Assembly: GCA_963798085.1 (NCBI GenBank)
Contig: CAWCRS010000008.1
Coordinates: 448,001 to 512,000, forward strand
DNA: 64,000 nucleotides
Source: an uncultured Gemmatimonadales bacterium
GTDB lineage: Bacteria > Gemmatimonadota > Gemmatimonadetes > Longimicrobiales > RSA9
Direction of reading: 5' to 3'
Of this stretch, positions 60,873 to 64,000 are shown one piece after another. The notes under the pieces were generated by a model that had not been told where the DNA came from, did no database searches, and was given only the letters and a program-made list of their open reading frames with translations. Both the position numbers and the translations under genes were made by a program. Numbering within the stretch: the first letter of the stretch is position 1; every line of letters begins with the position of its first letter.

Positions 60873-62848
60873 GCGCGCGCGCTGGCCGCCGGCTGCAGGA
60901 GCTGATGGTGGCGCTCGTGGCGTTTGCCACGTACGCCAATTCGCTGGCCAATCAGTTCGCGCTGGACGACAACTCGATCATTGCGACCAACGGGCGCGTG
61001 CACCAGCTGGCGCACCAGTCGCTCATCTGGCTGACACCGTACTGGCCCGGATACGGCCAGCACCTGGGTCTCTACCGGCCCCTCACCATCTTCGGCTACG
61101 CGCTGCAGTGGGCCGCGGGCGGCGGCGGCGGTCTGGCCTTTCACGCGGTGAGCATTGTACTGCACATCGTCGTCTGCATCCTGGTGCTGGCGCTGCTGCG
61201 ACGCATGGCAACACCCGGCGCGGCGCTGCTGGGCGCACTGCTGTTCGCCGTGCACCCGCTGCACACCGAAGTCGTGGCCAATGTGGTGGGTCAGGCGGAG
61301 CTGATCGCCGCGGCCGCGGTCCTGGGCGCCTGCCTGCTCCACATCGACCGCACGGACAATGTCCGCGGCAGCGGCCGCACGGCGGCCATCGTGCTGCTCT
61401 TCGTGCTCGGTCTGCTGGCCAAGGAGGGCGCAGTCGTGCTGCCGGGACTGCTGGTGGCGCTGGATTTCGGCATGTCGCGCGTCCGTCCCGTGCGCGCCAG
61501 CCTGCAGCGCTACGCCGGCGGGCAGTTCTGGCTCTTCTTCGCGCTGCTCGCTGCGCTCGCGGCCTACCTGCTCCTGCGCATCGCCGTGCTGGGTTCCATC
61601 GGCGGCGTCAATGCGGCGCCTAACCTGCCGTTTCTGCGGCATGGACACCGTTTCCTCTCCGCCCTGCGCGCGTGGCCCGAGTACGCGCGGCTGCTGGTAT
61701 TTCCGATCGACCTGGTGTCGGACTACTCGCCCGGTGTAGTGCTGCCGGTCGAGCACCTGTCGCCCATGGTGCTGCTGGGCGCACTCTTGCTCGCGGGCAC
61801 TCTGGCGCTGTTTCTGGCGACGCCCTGGGTACGCCGCGCCGGCCTGCCCGCCGCCTGGTTCTTCATCTCCGTGTTCCCGGTTTCCAACCTGCTGCTGCCC
61901 ATCGGCGTACTGCTCGCCGAACGCATTCTCTATCTCCCCAGCGTAGCGCTCTCCATGGCGCTGGCCTTTGCGTGGGATCATTACCGTGCGCGTTTCACAG
62001 CGCGCGATCTGCGTCTGGCGGTGGGCGCCTTGTCGGCGGCGCTGCTGGCATTGGGGGTGCGCTCCGTGCTGCGCAACCCGGACTGGAAGGACACGGATGC
62101 AGTGTGGGACGCCATCGTGCGGGACCACCCCGAGTCGTATCGCTCGCAGTGGGTGAACGGATATCGCATGGCGCAGCGCGGCAACAGACAGCTGGCGCGC
62201 GGCTACTTCGAGATCGCCTACCGACTCTGGCCCGATGATGAAGTGCTGCTCGACAACCTCGCCGGCGTCTACGTCGAGCTGCGCGAGTACGAGCGCGCCG
62301 TTCCCGTGCTGGAGCACGCGCGCGCCATCAGCGACATCATTGATAACACCGAGCTATTGCTGGCCTGCGCGTACCTGGGCACGCAGCGCTGGGCCGACGC
62401 GCTGGACGCCAGCATCCGCGCCGATCGCCTGAACGGCGATCGCGCCACCGTCTTCGCGCTCCGCGCGCAGGCCTACGAAGGGGAAGTGCGCTACGACTGG
62501 GCCGCCGGCGCATGGCGAGTCGCGGCCCGCCAGCGCCACGGCAACATCCCCACGTTCTGGCTGATGCTGGCGCGTGACCTCGCACGCACCCAGCACCCGA
62601 CCGCGGCCCTCGCCGCCATCGACACGGCGCGCAGTCTGATTCCGGCCACCGGCCGCCAGCTGCAGGCGACCGCGGACTCGCTGGCCGGCGCGGTCGCCGC
62701 GCACTGCTTCTCCACTACTGCCCCAACCATCCATTCCGGCGCCCCGCCGGCTGCCGCACCATGTGCCGACCCGCTCGCTGCCTGGCCGATCGTCGTGCCG
62801 TGGACTGCGCAGGAAGTTGCCAACCCCTTGCAAAATGCCACTAAGTAA
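60869..62848 (+). CDS. TMTC-like (DUF1736-type) GT-C glycosyltransferase with TPR-like tail, copy 2
   Basis: NQFALDD, YRPLT, FAVHPLHTEVVANVVGQAEL, AKE, YARLLVFPIDLVSDY, AERILYLP, RNPDWKD; GTGA overlap with copy 1. Confidence 0.85.
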   Translation: MSARAGRRLQELMVALVAFATYANSLANQFALDDNSIIATNGRVHQLAHQSLIWLTPYWPGYGQHLGLYRPLTIFGYALQWAAGGGGGLAFHAVSIVLHIVVCILVLALLRRMATPGAALLGALLFAVHPLHTEVVANVVGQAELIAAAAVLGACLLHIDRTDNVRGSGRTAAIVLLFVLGLLAKEGAVVLPGLLVALDFGMSRVRPVRASLQRYAGGQFWLFFALLAALAAYLLLRIAVLGSIGGVNAAPNLPFLRHGHRFLSALRAWPEYARLLVFPIDLVSDYSPGVVLPVEHLSPMVLLGALLLAGTLALFLATPWVRRAGLPAAWFFISVFPVSNLLLPIGVLLAERILYLPSVALSMALAFAWDHYRARFTARDLRLAVGALSAALLALGVRSVLRNPDWKDTDAVWDAIVRDHPESYRSQWVNGYRMAQRGNRQLARGYFEIAYRLWPDDEVLLDNLAGVYVELREYERAVPVLEHARAISDIIDNTELLLACAYLGTQRWADALDASIRADRLNGDRATVFALRAQAYEGEVRYDWAAGAWRVAARQRHGNIPTFWLMLARDLARTQHPTAALAAIDTARSLIPATGRQLQATADSLAGAVAAHCFSTTAPTIHSGAPPAAAPCADPLAAWPIVVPWTAQEVANPLQNATK

Positions 62849-62941
62849 CGGGCTGTTGGGGCTGGCGGTGCCGTTGCTGAGATTCACGTAAAATCAGGGT
62901 GTTCAAGTAGTTACGGTAGTCCGACCAGGGCGGGACCGGGT

Positions 62942-62957
62942 GGGAATACCTCTTGCT
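62942..62957 (+). promoter_or_regulatory. Candidate sigma54 -24/-12 promoter for the pilin genes
   Basis: GG-N10-GC with TTGCT (GGGAATACCTCTTGCT); a second candidate TGGCGGTGCCGTTGCT lies at 62863-62878. Confidence 0.55.
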
Positions 62958-63025
62958 CCATCCGCCTCTCGGGAAAAGCTGCCTGCCGATCCCGATCCGT
63001 AAAACTCTTTCTGGAGGACGTCGGT

Positions 63026-63430
63026 ATGAAGCTGCGCAAAGGTTTCACCCTGATCGAGCTGCTGATTGTGATCGTGATCATCGGCATTCTGGCTGCGATC
63101 GCGATTCCGAAGTTCAGCAAGACTCGTGAGAAGGCCTATTTCAAGGCCATGATGTCCGACCTGCGCAATCTCGAGGCGCAGCAGGAGATCTACTACTCGA
63201 TCCCTGCCAACAACTACCAGTACGCCGCGAACGTGACGGACCTGGTGGACTTCGCACCTTCGAGCGGCGTAAGCACCAACATCGCCGCGTCGGGCACCAC
63301 CGGCTGGTCGGCGACGGCGACGCATGCCGCGCTTGCGGCCGCGACGCAGAACTGCGCGATCTACACGGGTTCGGCGGCGGCAGTCGGTCCGGCAACGACG
63401 CCGGGAATCGTGACCTGCACGGGTGAGTAA
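63026..63430 (+). CDS. pilA: Type IV pilin (probable major pilin)
   Basis: Class III signal MKLRKG/FTLIELLIVIVIIGILAAIAIP, SDLRNL, C-terminal Cys pair; GGAGG RBS. Confidence 0.95.
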   Translation: MKLRKGFTLIELLIVIVIIGILAAIAIPKFSKTREKAYFKAMMSDLRNLEAQQEIYYSIPANNYQYAANVTDLVDFAPSSGVSTNIAASGTTGWSATATHAALAAATQNCAIYTGSAAAVGPATTPGIVTCTGE

Positions 63431-63450
63431 TTTCGCCGGTGCTTGATCGT

Positions 63451-63473
63451 GGGGCGGCCCACTGGGCCGCCCC
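63451..63473 (+). terminator. Perfect 10-bp hairpin between the pilin genes
   Basis: GGGGCGGCCC-ACT-GGGCCGCCCC with no U tract. Confidence 0.55.
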
Positions 63474-63498
63474 CGGGTCAAACTAGGCGAATGCTGAG

Positions 63499-63894
63499 GT
63501 GATGATGCCAAGGCGAAGCGGGTTTACTCTGATCGAGATTCTGATCGTGCTCGTGATCATTGCGATCCTGGCAACGATCGGTGTCAACCGATTCTGGGCA
63601 GCGAAGGACCGCAGCCTGTACGCGAGTATTCAGAGCGATCTGAGAAACATGGGCGCAGAACAGGAGATCTATTACGAGAAGAACCTGAGCTACGCCGCGG
63701 CAGTAACGGATCTGGTGGATTTCAGGAGCAGCCAGGGCGTGACGATCAACATCACATACGCGGCAGCCAATGGCTGGGCAGCGAATGCGACACACACGTC
63801 ACTGGGCGGCAAGCAGTGTGGCTATTACACAGGGAACGCGCCAGCGGCGTCGGGCGCACCGGCGACCGTGAACGGCGTGGTCGACTGCAACTGA
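63499..63894 (+). CDS. Second type IV pilin (paralog, possibly minor pilin)
   Basis: PRRSG/FTLIEILIVLVII, SDLRNM, QEIYY, VTDLVDF shared with pilin 1; the start may be 63502 or 63505. Confidence 0.93.
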   Translation: MMMPRRSGFTLIEILIVLVIIAILATIGVNRFWAAKDRSLYASIQSDLRNMGAEQEIYYEKNLSYAAAVTDLVDFRSSQGVTINITYAAANGWAANATHTSLGGKQCGYYTGNAPAASGAPATVNGVVDCN

Positions 63895-63908
63895 TCCGAA
63901 CGCACACC

Positions 63909-63960
63909 ACCGCGGCCTTTCCGTGAGCGCAAGCCATGGGAGGGCCGCGGTTCCTCTTTC
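63909..63960 (+). terminator. Terminator-like hairpin after the pilins
   Basis: ACCGCGGCC ... GGCCGCGGT stem with a GCAA loop, followed by TTCCTCTTT; a second hairpin lies at 63964-63990. Confidence 0.65.
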
Positions 63961-64000
63961 CTGAAGGCTCGCCCGCTGAGGGCGGGCCTTGCTGTCTTGC

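Noticed and set aside
63026..63894. Electrically conductive e-pilin claim based on similarity to the Geobacter PilA N-terminus
   Set aside because: Aromatics are present at 1, 24, 50 and 51 but position 27 is not aromatic, both pilins are full length, no multiheme cytochromes are nearby, and the sequence criterion itself is disputed.

Overview
High-GC bacterial chromosomal window. The gene content (PadR + duplicated orphan permeases, secreted S9/S10/M28/M61 peptidases, 6-bladed propeller proteins, pilS/pilR/pilA) suggests Gemmatimonadota or a related phylum; this is inference only. About 45 protein genes are supported; no rRNA, tRNA, CRISPR array or transposase was seen. The left 46 kb holds transport, proteolysis and metabolic genes, including an ApbE-DUF2271-PepSY flavinylation module, a C5-dicarboxylate-type CoA cluster, mpl, rpsU and a metallopeptidase-propeller-Omp85 fusion. 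It also carries two families of paired inverted intergenic repeats and a structured 87-bp tandem repeat. The best candidate for an undescribed system is 46.9-63.9 kb: pilS-pilR are separated from two type IV pilin genes by a tightly packed 13 kb island. The island encodes two GT2 polyprenyl-phosphate sugar synthases, four GT-C membrane glycosyltransferases (two resembling eukaryotic TMTC O-mannosyltransferases), two methyltransferases and an AsnB amidotransferase, which together look like a pilin glycosylation and tailoring pathway. Five reading frames (four genes and one remnant) carry single-base indels in short homopolymers, probably assembly errors. All assignments come from motif recognition by eye; no database searches were run.
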